From a virus (taxonomy: Duplodnaviria > Caudoviricetes): a stretch of 56,472 nucleotides of DNA. Under the pieces are notes generated by a model that searched no databases, was not told the origin of the DNA, and saw only the letters and a program-made list of their open reading frames with translations. Within the stretch, counting starts at the first letter, position 1. Each line of letters begins with the position of its first letter. The stretch covers positions 1-56,472 of the IMG/VR virus record IMGVR_UViG_3300019926_000239; one strand, given 5' to 3'. This document shows, piece by piece, positions 27,649 through 37,780 of this stretch. A program made the translations under genes and the position numbers.

Positions 27649-29274
27649 ATGGAACAAAAACAACTCAACGAAGTGGACGAGTATAGCCACGGGCGTATAG
27701 AAGCGGAAATACCGGATACGGCTACCGAGCGGCAAACCGAGGTTTTGGTGGCGGCGATACGTAACCCCGACCTCAAGATAAGCGAACTTGCGGAGGCGAG
27801 CGACCTCGACCCTAACCACGTGGTTGAGGTGCTACGTAGCCTCGCCACCGGCGTGCTACAAGAGCAAGCACGCGCCGCGCACGAAGCAAGTAACCTCCGC
27901 GACGGGCACAAAGAGGCGGAGAACTTTAGCGAACTCACGCGCAAGCAAAAGGCGGTCGTGGACTACCTGGCACGCCACCCGCGTATCGACTGGCGTACCG
28001 TGAGCGGTGCCGACCTCAACGAAGGGATACGTGAGTATGAGGAGGGTGAGGCGGCGGACGCACCAGCGATGTCCGATTCGTACGTTAAGCGTGTGGCAGC
28101 GCAATACGCCGGACTCATCGAACGGCGGCGCGCGTGGTACCGTGAGCATAACCCCGCGGCAATCAGCGACGAGGAGGTGAGCGTCGAAGCCAACCGACCG
28201 GGTAAAGAGGATACGCCGCGTGAGTACCTCGGCGACCGTTTCGAGTTGCCAAGCGAGAACCTCGACGTGGGTGAGGGTGAGGATGCCGTCGAGGAGTTAA
28301 CCGAGGACGAACGGCTTGACCAGGCGTTCAAAAAAGCAAGCCAACGCCTCGCCACGGTTGAGGTGGTCGAGGGCGAGTTATACCTCAACGGTGAGCATCA
28401 AGATACGCACCGCGTTGAGCCGCGTAGCCACATCGGCGACGACGACTTTTACGACGGCGACGTGCGCATCGGTGAGGTATATGAGGGCGTGGTTAACGGC
28501 TTCGCAAGTTGGGGCGTGTGGTGGACGGTGGGCGGCACACCAGACACGCCGGACGATGTGAGCGGCATATCGCCGGAGGACGAACTCAACGCCGCCGGTT
28601 ACACGACAGACAACTTCGAGGTGGGCGACACTCATACGCTTGTGTGCTTCGGACGCGTAACCGGTCAAGACGGGCGCACCAGGCATCGGTTCGTACCGGA
28701 ACCGGAAGCGGTGCGTAAGCGGCGTCGTGAGCGCCGTAGACGCGGCGTTAGCGGAGAGGGTGAGGCAACGGACGCGGAGAGCGAGGACGGACGTGAGGAG
28801 GGCGAGAGCGACGTTTACGAACCAGACAACTACGACCGCGGGGATGCAGCGGAAACCCTCGACAACCTGGTGGGCACGGTAAGCACGATGGTCGAGCGCG
28901 TGAACGAGTTGGAGGATGAGAACTTACCGGAACGTATGGAAGCGGTAGCCGCCGGGTTAAGCGAGGTTGAGGAGGACGTTAGGGATGCCATCAATACGGC
29001 AAGCGGCGGCGCGGGCAAAGCCGACGAGGCAATCGAGAAGGTTGAGGAGTTACGCGAGGACGTTGAGGAGTTAGCCGAGGGTGTGGGGCGCGTAGGCGGG
29101 CAAGCGCACGAAAATGAACAGGCAATCGAGCGCGTTGAGGATGCGGTGCGTGCGGCAGCGGACGCCGACCCCGACGTAGACCTACAAACCGCAATCCAAG
29201 AGATACGCGACCACGGCGGTGAGGTGCGGTTCAACGCGGTAAACAGCGACGAGGGAGGTGAGGACGATGAGTGA
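27649..29274 (+). CDS. multidomain protein: HTH, S1/OB-like domain, coiled coil
   Basis: LKISELAEASDL HTH; IGEVYEGVVNGFASWGVW...FEVGD S1-like; GGAGGT before ATG 27649. Confidence 0.65.
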   Translation: MEQKQLNEVDEYSHGRIEAEIPDTATERQTEVLVAAIRNPDLKISELAEASDLDPNHVVEVLRSLATGVLQEQARAAHEASNLRDGHKEAENFSELTRKQKAVVDYLARHPRIDWRTVSGADLNEGIREYEEGEAADAPAMSDSYVKRVAAQYAGLIERRRAWYREHNPAAISDEEVSVEANRPGKEDTPREYLGDRFELPSENLDVGEGEDAVEELTEDERLDQAFKKASQRLATVEVVEGELYLNGEHQDTHRVEPRSHIGDDDFYDGDVRIGEVYEGVVNGFASWGVWWTVGGTPDTPDDVSGISPEDELNAAGYTTDNFEVGDTHTLVCFGRVTGQDGRTRHRFVPEPEAVRKRRRERRRRGVSGEGEATDAESEDGREEGESDVYEPDNYDRGDAAETLDNLVGTVSTMVERVNELEDENLPERMEAVAAGLSEVEEDVRDAINTASGGAGKADEAIEKVEELREDVEELAEGVGRVGGQAHENEQAIERVEDAVRAAADADPDVDLQTAIQEIRDHGGEVRFNAVNSDEGGEDDE

Positions 29275-29497
29275 GTACCTACGCAACGCGCAAACGGGCA
29301 CGTTCGACGCCCACCTCTTTGAGCGTGAGGAGGTCGAGGATGCCGGCGGCGGTGTGGGTGAGCAAGCGGATAAGCCGGTGGCGAGCGTGTGCAACTTCAC
29401 AACCTCATACGGTGAGTTCGAGGAGGTTGAGGACGTTGAGGACGCGGAGGGGTTGTGTGAGAAGTGCCGCGATGCAGCGGGTGAGGCGGATGAGTGA
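29267..29497 (+). CDS. small Cys/His protein
   Basis: H...C...CEKC; GGAGGTGA before ATG. Confidence 0.65.
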   Translation: MSEYLRNAQTGTFDAHLFEREEVEDAGGGVGEQADKPVASVCNFTTSYGEFEEVEDVEDAEGLCEKCRDAAGEADE

Positions 29498-29687
29498 CGA
29501 GGTGCAAGAGGTGGTCGAGGAGGTTGACCAGCATCTCAAGTCGGCGCTTGAACACGCAAACACTCACATGAGCCACGACGACATACGCCCGTCCGCGCTT
29601 ATGGCGTTCGACGAGGTTGAGGAAGCGCGGCAAGCACTCAACAAGATTGACGAGCGCGACTTTACCACGGAGGAGGACGATGGTTGA
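29490..29687 (+). CDS. hypothetical protein
   Basis: Acidic helical ORF coupled to neighbours. Confidence 0.65.
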   Translation: MSDEVQEVVEEVDQHLKSALEHANTHMSHDDIRPSALMAFDEVEEARQALNKIDERDFTTEEDDG

Positions 29688-30045
29688 GTGGGTTGAGCAA
29701 GAGGGTGAGGAATGGATGTTGTACCGCAACCAGGGCAACACGGCGGCACTCATCACGCCGGACAACCCTCTCCGACAGTGCCGGGCACCAAGCGTCCTCG
29801 CCACGGTAAGAGTGACGCGCCAAGCGTTGCGTATGGCGGAATACCTCGGCTTCGCAAACGCGCGCATAACACCCGCACTCGTGGATAAGGACTCTCTCAA
29901 GACCGTCCCAGGTTTGTGGGTGCGCCCGCACGACGACGACTACCGTACGGTTGAGTATGAGGGTGAGGAAGTGCATCTCCTCGTAGCGGGGCGGGATGTG
30001 GACGACGACGAGGCGGAGGAATACAACGTGGCGAAGGTGAGGTGA
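29680..30045 (+). CDS. hypothetical protein
   Basis: ATG 29680 after GGAGG. Confidence 0.65.
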   Translation: MVEWVEQEGEEWMLYRNQGNTAALITPDNPLRQCRAPSVLATVRVTRQALRMAEYLGFANARITPALVDKDSLKTVPGLWVRPHDDDYRTVEYEGEEVHLLVAGRDVDDDEAEEYNVAKVR

Positions 30046-30485
30046 GTATGGTCAAACCAGAAGACCGGCTACCGGATGGCGTGGATACGGTTGAGGAGTA
30101 CCGTGAACTACCGCCTACGGTGAAAGGCGACATCGAGGTGGACGCCACACGCATTCCCAAGAAGTACGCGCGCCCACCGCGGCACGAACTCGAACAGATA
30201 ATCGAGGAGGGCGATGAGCGTACGGGCATCTACGTGGTGGCGGAACACTACGATGTGGGTGACAGCGTAGCCGGACGGTGGTTGTGCCACTACGGGTTAT
30301 ATGAGCCGGTGCGTGACGAGGACGGCAACGCTACGGAAGCGGGCACTTGCAGCGACATGGGCAAACGCCTCATCGAGATGGACCCGGACGAGTTTAGCCG
30401 TGAGTACGTGCCGGAACGGCTACGCCGCGACCAGGGTGAGGAGGTAACTCGCCAAACGAACGAAATGTTCGCGGAGGGGGATTAG
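30042..30485 (+). CDS. hypothetical protein, paralog of 745..1068
   Basis: Shared PPR.EL, RW...G.YEP, DEFSR.YVP. Confidence 0.75.
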   Translation: MSMVKPEDRLPDGVDTVEEYRELPPTVKGDIEVDATRIPKKYARPPRHELEQIIEEGDERTGIYVVAEHYDVGDSVAGRWLCHYGLYEPVRDEDGNATEAGTCSDMGKRLIEMDPDEFSREYVPERLRRDQGEEVTRQTNEMFAEGD

Positions 30486-30486
30486 C

Positions 30487-30819
30487 GTGGGCTACCGCAC
30501 GGAGTGCCACTTCGATGGTTGCGCCACGCGGTTCGTTGCGGTTTCACGCGGCGAGTACCTCGAACACGTCGAGGAGGTACACGGTGAGGTTGAGGCGGAG
30601 ATATATCGAGAAGTGAGCGGGCAAGAGGTTGAGGAGATGGATGTACCGCCGGCAGCGGTGGTCGAGTATGCCGTCGAGTCGCTTGAACAGATACTACCGG
30701 TACCACTCGACCAGGTGGAAATCGAGAGCATCGACGTGGCGTTTGACCCCACGGCGGAACGTAGCCACTCGTTCACGTTCGACTTTGAGGACGAGGAGGG
30801 CGGCGGGCAAGATTCATAA
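30487..30819 (+). CDS. C2H2-like zinc-finger protein
   Basis: CHFDGC...HVEEVH. Confidence 0.65.
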   Translation: MGYRTECHFDGCATRFVAVSRGEYLEHVEEVHGEVEAEIYREVSGQEVEEMDVPPAAVVEYAVESLEQILPVPLDQVEIESIDVAFDPTAERSHSFTFDFEDEEGGGQDS

Positions 30820-30845
30820 CCAGGCGGCGGCAATACCGTGGCAAC

Positions 30846-31088
30846 GTGGGCGAACTACCTCGGTGTCCCGATTGCGGGCGTGCCGACCTCAAGCGCGGCA
30901 AGCGTGCCGAAGTGGTGCGTGGTTATTGGTGCCCGGATTGCGTGCGCCTCATCGAGTTCGAGGAGGTACACGACCACCGCCTCGGCAACCCGTCGAGTTT
31001 CGGCACGTTAACGGACATCGTTGAGAGCCAACAACAACCAAGCGAGCAAGAGGACGACAACAAAGGAAACTTCAAACATGGCAGATAG
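30846..31088 (+). CDS. small zinc-finger protein
   Basis: CPDCG...CPDC. Confidence 0.65.
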   Translation: MGELPRCPDCGRADLKRGKRAEVVRGYWCPDCVRLIEFEEVHDHRLGNPSSFGTLTDIVESQQQPSEQEDDNKGNFKHGR

Positions 31089-31356
31089 AATCGCAAGAAT
31101 AGGCGTAGCGTTGACCGTGGCGGGTTTGGTGTGGGCGGGCGTGGTGTATTACACACACGGCGTCAACAACGCACTACTCGCCCTCGGAATAGCAACGGTC
31201 GGGTTCCTCCTCACCGCCGCCGGTGCGGATGAGGACGAGGTGGTTACGGTATGCGAAGCGTGTGGTGCCGACCCGGTGCCGCCTCAAGAGGGTGGCGTTT
31301 ACCGGTTGTGTGAGCCGTGCGAGGACGAGTTGCCAACGGACGCGGAGGGTGAGTAA
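31078..31356 (+). CDS. two-TM membrane protein with C-terminal zinc finger
   Basis: Two hydrophobic helices then CEAC...CEPC. Confidence 0.7.
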   Translation: MADRIARIGVALTVAGLVWAGVVYYTHGVNNALLALGIATVGFLLTAAGADEDEVVTVCEACGADPVPPQEGGVYRLCEPCEDELPTDAEGE

Positions 31357-31810
31357 CGTGGGCGGCGCGGGCAAAGAGCGCGGCGTCGTTAAGGCGTTCT
31401 ATGAGTTGGGTTTCGCCGTGCAACGTTCACCGAGTAGCGGCAGCGCCACGGAACGAGAGTTACCGGATATAACGGTGCTACAACGCGACGAGGTTGATGG
31501 TGTGGTGAGGGCGCGGGCGATGGCGATTGAGCATAAGGCGACCAGCGACACCACCGCGTACGTGGACGGGCAAGAGGTTGAGGAGTTGCGTGAGTACGCG
31601 CGCCGTGCCGGCGCACAACCATACCTCGGCGTCAAGTTCAAAAAGAGCGGTGTGCGCCGTCCGCACTACCTGGTTAAGCCGAAGGATGCGCGCCTCACCA
31701 GCGGCGGCAACTTCGGGCTACCGCACGCGGATGTACGTGAACGCGCCGTATATGAGGTCTACGAGTCCACGGAACAGAAGCCGGCGGAGTTCAACCGCGT
31801 CGAGGAGTAA
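31349..31810 (+). CDS. hjc: archaeal Holliday junction resolvase
   Basis: G...ER, GFAVQRSPSSGSATERELPD, AIEHK. Confidence 0.9.
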   Translation: MSNVGGAGKERGVVKAFYELGFAVQRSPSSGSATERELPDITVLQRDEVDGVVRARAMAIEHKATSDTTAYVDGQEVEELREYARRAGAQPYLGVKFKKSGVRRPHYLVKPKDARLTSGGNFGLPHADVRERAVYEVYESTEQKPAEFNRVEE

Positions 31811-31814
31811 CCGG

Positions 31815-31834
31815 GTTTTCGTTTTTTCTTTTTT
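31815..31834 (+). terminator. archaeal oligo-T terminator
   Basis: TTTTCGTTTTTTCTTTTTT right after hjc stop. Confidence 0.7.
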
Positions 31835-32043
31835 GGTAGCGTGAGAGATAGGCGGGCGTGTGACGGGAGTACCGTAACACTACGATAGGACGGCACCGTT
31901 ACGTATGGCGATTGTGTGTTTTTGAGGACGTTTTTTGGTTTTTGGATGCGCCGGTACTACTACTATTCTAACCTAATAAGTTACCATACCGTTACCGTAC
32001 CGATAGGATTTAAGCCGTATGCTACCGCATCCGTTAGCGTACT

Positions 32044-32640
32044 ATGTCGGAGGAAAACGACCGCACCCAGGTGGGCGCACGTGTGGATACGGAAATCTAC
32101 GAACGGTTCAAAGAGTATAGCGAGAGCGAAACCGGGAAATCCTCAAAGGGCGTCGGGGAAACTCTTGAGAAGGCGATGCTTGAGTATATGGACGACGACC
32201 GGTTGAGCCGCATCGAAAACAAGGTTGACCGCCTACTCGATGGCAGCACCCAAAAAGAAAAAACGCCAAAAACGGGCGACCCGTCACGGCGTGAGAAGCG
32301 GTTAAGGCAGATTGAGTCCGACCTCGCCGGTGAGGACGAGGTGGTTACGCAAGAGGATGTCAACGACCTCATCCGTAAGCACGCCGGTGGCAGCAAGCCG
32401 ACGCTACGTGAGTATAACCGGCGGCTACGTGAGCGCAAGAGCGTGTTCCCGCGCCCGAACCACGACTCGATAGTTTACACGGATGCCGAACGTTTTGTTC
32501 GTGAGGTGAACGAACTCGCGGAGAGCAAGAGCCTCCGACCGGCAACGTATGAGGAGACAGTCGAGCGGTATGGGCGCGCGTGGTGGCAGCGGCACCTTCC
32601 GGCAAGCGATGAGCCGGACGACGACCGTGCGTTCTCATAG
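32044..32640 (+). CDS. ribbon-helix-helix regulator with C-terminal helical domain
   Basis: RTQVGARVDTEIYERFKEY...ETLEKAMLEYM; TTTAAG about 35 bp upstream. Confidence 0.65.
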   Translation: MSEENDRTQVGARVDTEIYERFKEYSESETGKSSKGVGETLEKAMLEYMDDDRLSRIENKVDRLLDGSTQKEKTPKTGDPSRREKRLRQIESDLAGEDEVVTQEDVNDLIRKHAGGSKPTLREYNRRLRERKSVFPRPNHDSIVYTDAERFVREVNELAESKSLRPATYEETVERYGRAWWQRHLPASDEPDDDRAFS

Positions 32641-32877
32641 GGCTAAATTTAAGGCGGCGTGGCGTTTACGTGTGTGTGAGTGCCGAGGTGGTTTCCGGTA
32701 AAGGGTTCACCTCACACACACTTTTTACCGCCGCCGCCTCGGCGTCTCATTTAACACGAGTCCCATACCGTGTTCACCTCCCTTTGGCGCGGCGGCACGT
32801 GCGCGGGCAACCGCGTCACCGCCGCGTTTTCCTACTTACTCGAACACTAACCCACGGAAGGCGCGGGGCTACGCCAC

Positions 32878-32933
32878 CATAAGGTATAAGTGATACCGCC
32901 ACGGACGATAAGGTAGAAGGTGAGGTGAACCAG
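32878..32933 (+). promoter_or_regulatory. dispersed promoter/leader repeat copy 7
   Basis: CATAAGGTATAAGTGATACC...GAGGTGAACCAG then ATG 32934. Confidence 0.9.
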
Positions 32934-34016
32934 ATGCAACAAAGCGAACCACTAAGAGAAATACTCGGCAACCTCGCGGATGAGTACGCCGAAGGCAACC
33001 CCGACGTACAATTCGACGACCAACCCCGCATCAGCACGGACGGCGAAACCATATACGTGAACCCGGAGTTCGCGGATATGCTTGGCATCGACGTAAGCGC
33101 CGCGAACGAGTTCCGCCTCGTACGCAACACCCTCAACCATGAGGTTGCGCACGAACTATATAGCGACCTCGAAGCCAAAGAGGAGTTCGGCGCGCGGTAC
33201 GAGGACGAGGGTTACACGCAAGTAGCCGGCACCGTTCTCAACATACTCGAAGATGCGTACATCGACGCGCGCCGGCTTAGTGAGTACCCAGGGCTACGGC
33301 AAGCGCAAGCGTTCTTCGCGGAGAACCAGATGGACGAGGACGTGAGCGAAAAGCCCACCGGCGAAGCACTACTCACAAGCATCCACCAGATAGCCCTCGG
33401 CGGGCGTGTCAACGGCATCAAGGACGCGGATGAGGTGGTGCGCGACTTTGCGGCTTGGGTACGCCCACGCGTGGTCGAGGTGCGCCGCACACACACCCAG
33501 GACGAACGCGTTGCGCTTGCGGCGGAGGTCACGGATAAGGTCACGGAACTCCTCGACCAACACGGCACCCAGGAACCCGACCTTAGCGACCTCCTCGACG
33601 CACTCGATAGCATGAGCGGCGGCGAACTACCGGACGACGCCGAAATCGAGAACGCGGAACCGCTAACCGACGAGGAGATGCCCGACATGGATGGTGCGGC
33701 GATGCCCGACATGGACGCCGAGGACATGGGTGAGGGTGAGAGTGAGCAAGCCGGCGGTGGCGAGTGCGACGGTGAGGGTGAGGGCGACGAGGGCGATGGT
33801 GAGGGTGGCAGCGGCGACGGCGACGGTGAGGAGGGCGACGGCGCGGAAGGTGAGGAGGGTGATGAGGGCGATGGTAGCGCCGGCGACGAGGATGGCGGTG
33901 AGTACGGTGAGGGTGAGGGTGACGCCAACGGCGGCGGTACACCGGACGAGGAGATGAGGGACATCGACTCACTACTCGACGGGCGTAACCCCGCCGACCT
34001 CAAGATAACCGAGTAG
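32934..34016 (+). CDS. CobT N-terminal-like HExxH domain with acidic Gly/Glu/Asp tail
   Basis: STDGETIY, HEVAHELYSD, NILEDAYID. Confidence 0.75.
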   Translation: MQQSEPLREILGNLADEYAEGNPDVQFDDQPRISTDGETIYVNPEFADMLGIDVSAANEFRLVRNTLNHEVAHELYSDLEAKEEFGARYEDEGYTQVAGTVLNILEDAYIDARRLSEYPGLRQAQAFFAENQMDEDVSEKPTGEALLTSIHQIALGGRVNGIKDADEVVRDFAAWVRPRVVEVRRTHTQDERVALAAEVTDKVTELLDQHGTQEPDLSDLLDALDSMSGGELPDDAEIENAEPLTDEEMPDMDGAAMPDMDAEDMGEGESEQAGGGECDGEGEGDEGDGEGGSGDGDGEEGDGAEGEEGDEGDGSAGDEDGGEYGEGEGDANGGGTPDEEMRDIDSLLDGRNPADLKITE

Positions 34017-34175
34017 GTACCGCGTGGTGCCGCGGCGCGCCGCGCCCGCGCGCACCTAACGGTCGATATACGAGTTTTCACGCGCTAACGTATGTTCGCG
34101 TATGCCCTTAGACTATGACACCGCGCCGTACCGGACTTTTTCGTGGACTATGAGGCACACGCGCACATATCTAAG

Positions 34176-34233
34176 CATAAGGTATAAGTGGTACCGCCAC
34201 GGACGATAAGGCAGAAGGTGAGGTGAACCCAAG
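34176..34233 (+). promoter_or_regulatory. dispersed promoter/leader repeat copy 8
   Basis: CATAAGGTATAAGTGGTACC...GAGGTGAACCCAAG then ATG 34234. Confidence 0.9.
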
Positions 34234-35394
34234 ATGGCAAAACTAACAGACGGCAGCGAAACGATAGCAAGCAACCTAACGCCCAAAGAGGTGCGCGCGC
34301 TACGCAACCGCGGCGTTGAGGTGTCGATGGAGATAACGCAAGAGTCCGGCACCGGCGCGGGCGACGAGGAGGAAATCGAGGACGAGAAGGACGAACTCGA
34401 CGAACTCGATGAGGAGGGTGAGAACACCGAGTGGCATGGTGTGGATGAGGATGAGGATTATGAGAGCGCAAGCCGTAGCGACCGCCGCCGCGTTGAGCGC
34501 GCACAACGTGAGGCGGACAAGAACGAGACGCCACTCGGCAAGCGCATCAACGACCGCGACGAGCGCATCACCGGCGGCGATAACCCGTACTACAACAACG
34601 AACAACTACGTGAGGAGATGGCGGACAACAACATGATAACGGACGTGCGCCGGGCGTTCGAGAAGTTCGCCACCGAGGACGTTAAGCGCCGGGAAACCAG
34701 CGGCGACCGCCTCAACATGAGAGCCGCCACCCGGCACCTAAGCGGCGACTACTCCGAGCGCCACGTTTACGAGAGCGAATACACCGCGGCAACCGGTGGG
34801 CGCACGATAGGCGTGGCACTCGACATAAGCGGCAGCATGGACGGCATACGCATCAAGCAAGCCAAGATGGCACTCGCCTCACTTGCGGAAGCCGCCGATG
34901 CGATAGGCGATGAGTTAGTGGCAAGCGGCTACACGACGGCGGACACCTCGACCGGTGCCGAGGACATCCGAACGCCACTCATCACGGCACCAGGTGAGTC
35001 GTTCCGATACAAGCACCTCGACAGCGTGGCACCCAACGGCTACACGCCCACGGCGTGCGGCATCAACGACGCCGCCGACCTACTACGCGACGAGGGCGGC
35101 AAAGAACTCGTCCTGGTGTGTATTACGGACGGCGTGCCGACGCACGACCTCGAAGGCAACCACCTCGGCGACGGTGCCACGGAGGCGGTTGAGGACGCGG
35201 CACGCCTCACCAACAAACTACGCGCGGAGGGCATCAAGGTGTTCGGCATAGGCATCGGCGGCGCACGACGCGACCTTATGCGTGAGATGTTCGGTGAGAG
35301 CGGGTTCGTTATGACCACCAGCGACCAACTTGCGGACGACTTGGTTGAGATGTACGAAGACCAACTCGACATCGAGCGCCCGCACTCGTTCTAA
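34234..35394 (+). CDS. VWA-domain protein (CobT C-terminal-like)
   Basis: MIDAS DISGSM, GYTPT, ITDG, GIGIG. Confidence 0.9.
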   Translation: MAKLTDGSETIASNLTPKEVRALRNRGVEVSMEITQESGTGAGDEEEIEDEKDELDELDEEGENTEWHGVDEDEDYESASRSDRRRVERAQREADKNETPLGKRINDRDERITGGDNPYYNNEQLREEMADNNMITDVRRAFEKFATEDVKRRETSGDRLNMRAATRHLSGDYSERHVYESEYTAATGGRTIGVALDISGSMDGIRIKQAKMALASLAEAADAIGDELVASGYTTADTSTGAEDIRTPLITAPGESFRYKHLDSVAPNGYTPTACGINDAADLLRDEGGKELVLVCITDGVPTHDLEGNHLGDGATEAVEDAARLTNKLRAEGIKVFGIGIGGARRDLMREMFGESGFVMTTSDQLADDLVEMYEDQLDIERPHSF

Positions 35395-35659
35395 CGCCGC
35401 CACCCGCCGCACCGCACCGCACCGCACTACTCTTTTCCCCGACCTCCTCGACTCGACGCCGGCAGCGGTTTCTATATGTTGAGGTTGGGCATGGATACCG
35501 ACGAGATGTAGTCCTCGACGTGGCGATGAGGTCGTCGAGACTCCTCGTACGTGGTTGAACGGCGCGGTGGGCGCGGGCACGCGCGGTTCCACGCGGTGAT
35601 ATGCGGGCGATATTGCGGTGGTCGAGGGGCACCCCGCCGCCGTATGGCGATTGCCCCAC

Positions 35660-35719
35660 CATAAGGTATAAGTAGTACCGCGGTGAATGGACGAATGCGA
35701 GCAAAGAGGTGAACCCAAG
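35660..35719 (+). promoter_or_regulatory. dispersed promoter/leader repeat copy 9
   Basis: CATAAGGTATAAGTAGTACC...GCGAGCAAAGAGGTGAACCCAAG then ATG 35720. Confidence 0.9.
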
Positions 35720-37096
35720 ATGGCAAAAAAGAGCGACTACATCAAGGCGATAGCACAGAACGACGAGAACCCCACCGCGGACGAGATAGCCGACGAGGTT
35801 GACGAACACCTCGGGCACACGCAACGCAAACTCAAGGAACTCGCCGAGGAGGGCGAGATTGAGCGTGAGCGCGGCGGCAACGGCTACGAATACTTCCTCC
35901 CCGCGGAGGCGGAGGCGCTTGTGGGTGAGGGCGGCAGCAACGGACTCGACCGTATGCCCGTTAACCGCGGCTACGATTTCAGCAACCACCGCGTTGAGGA
36001 ACCCCACGAATACTTCTCAAGCGACGACGAGTTAGCGGAACTCAACGCGATGGTTAACGCGCGTGAGGCAACCGGCGAACCCGTGCGCGCACTCATAGAC
36101 GGCGACACCGGCACCGGCAAAACAACCCTCGCCGAAAACGTGAGCGCGCTACAAGAAGCCGCATACTTTGAGGTTCAGATGTCCCCCAACATGGACGAGG
36201 GCGACCTATTTGGTAGCCCGGCACTCGCCGGCGACGAAAGTGTGTGGGTGGACGGCACGGTTACGAAGGCGCTTATGGCAAGCGCGGCACCCGAAACCCA
36301 GGTCAAGAACGGGTGGGCGGCAGACCTCGAAAGCGCACACGACGGCACCGTGGTTCTCCTCATAGACGAGGTTAACCGCGCACCGCCACGCGCTAAGAAC
36401 GCACTCTTTAGCGCACTCGACCACCGCGGGCACGTTACGCTTGAGGGACCGCGCGCCGGTGAGGTCATAAGCGGCGACCCCCTCGACCTGGTTGTTATAG
36501 GCACCATCAACCAGGGCGATGAGTACCACGGCACGGCGCGGATGGACTTAGCCGAAAAGAGCCGGTGGACGACGAGGTTCACCAGCGAGTACCTGGCACA
36601 AGACCCCGACGGTGAGGGCGTTGAGCGCGAGGCGGAACTCTTGGTTAGCCGTAAGGGCGTTGCGCCGGAACTTGCGCGCACGATGGTCGAGACGGTTGCC
36701 CGCGTACGCAAGCGCGCCAACGACCGGAGTGACCGCGCGGTAACGTTCGGCATACCTACGCGTGCGGTGCTTGCGTGGGGCGGCACGGCACACGCCCTCG
36801 CCGAAGCCGGTCTCGACAACCCCGTGGTGCGCGCCGCGGAACGCGCGGTGGTTAAGCCGTTCTACGACAAGGCGGAACACCAGGACGCCCGCGACGAGGT
36901 TATGAGCATCATCGAGGACAAACTACACGGCGCACCCTTTGAGGCGGACGCGTACGAGGAGTTCGCCGCCGACGAGATTGTTGAGTGCGGCGAGTGCGAC
37001 TACCGCACCAGCAAGCGCCGCGCCGAGGACGAGGGCGTGATGGCGGTTATGGAGTGCCCGGAATGCGGCGGCACGGTTGAGCGTAAGAGCCGGTAA
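35720..37096 (+). CDS. MoxR/CbbQ/CobS-type AAA+ ATPase with N-terminal wHTH and C-terminal zinc ribbon
   Basis: GDTGTGKT, LLIDEVNRA, GTIN, MDLAEKSRW; CGEC...CPECG. Confidence 0.9.
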   Translation: MAKKSDYIKAIAQNDENPTADEIADEVDEHLGHTQRKLKELAEEGEIERERGGNGYEYFLPAEAEALVGEGGSNGLDRMPVNRGYDFSNHRVEEPHEYFSSDDELAELNAMVNAREATGEPVRALIDGDTGTGKTTLAENVSALQEAAYFEVQMSPNMDEGDLFGSPALAGDESVWVDGTVTKALMASAAPETQVKNGWAADLESAHDGTVVLLIDEVNRAPPRAKNALFSALDHRGHVTLEGPRAGEVISGDPLDLVVIGTINQGDEYHGTARMDLAEKSRWTTRFTSEYLAQDPDGEGVEREAELLVSRKGVAPELARTMVETVARVRKRANDRSDRAVTFGIPTRAVLAWGGTAHALAEAGLDNPVVRAAERAVVKPFYDKAEHQDARDEVMSIIEDKLHGAPFEADAYEEFAADEIVECGECDYRTSKRRAEDEGVMAVMECPECGGTVERKSR

Positions 37097-37218
37097 GCCA
37101 ACAACCCGCCGCGGCACCGTGCGGCACGCGGCGGCACCGGCACCACTCAACCACTACCGCACCCACCCGCGTACAACCGCACCCAACTCTTTTATCCGCG
37201 CCACTTCAATACGCACCT

Positions 37219-37731
37219 ATGGCAGACCTAACCATCGCCGACACGCGCGTAGTACGTGACCACGGGAACGAATACACCGTCGAGGTGGACGTTAAGAATG
37301 AGGGTGACGCCACCGCCGGCGGGCTACTTGAGTTCGAGTATAGCGGTGAGCGGCTATCGCAGCAATACACCAACATCGAGGGCGGACGCACCGGCACCGT
37401 ACGGGCACGCGTACCGGAACCGGCGGCGGCTAACTCGGAGACGCCCAACGTAGCCATCACGTACTCCGGTGAGGTACTCGGCAGCGTGGAACTCAAGGCT
37501 ACCACGCCACCCGACGAGAAGTACGCCACGCGTGAGGAGGTTGAGGCGCTACGCGGTGAGGTGGACGGACTCGAAAACGCGGTTGCGGAACTACGTGCCG
37601 AACTCGATGAGGTCGAGGACGAGGCAAACCAGGACGTACCGGACGGCGGCAGCGCCGACAACGGCTTGGGCGAAACCGTGGAGGAGGGCGTGAGCGTAGC
37701 GCGCCGCATCCTCAACGCGTTCAGCAAGTAG
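37219..37731 (+). CDS. CARDB/Ig-like domain plus coiled coil protein
   Basis: ADLTI...VEVDVKNEGDA; heptad segment. Confidence 0.65.
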   Translation: MADLTIADTRVVRDHGNEYTVEVDVKNEGDATAGGLLEFEYSGERLSQQYTNIEGGRTGTVRARVPEPAAANSETPNVAITYSGEVLGSVELKATTPPDEKYATREEVEALRGEVDGLENAVAELRAELDEVEDEANQDVPDGGSADNGLGETVEEGVSVARRILNAFSK

Positions 37732-37780
37732 CCGGAAACCCGCATATACAACCGCGTTCGACCGCTTTTAGCCGCGTGAA

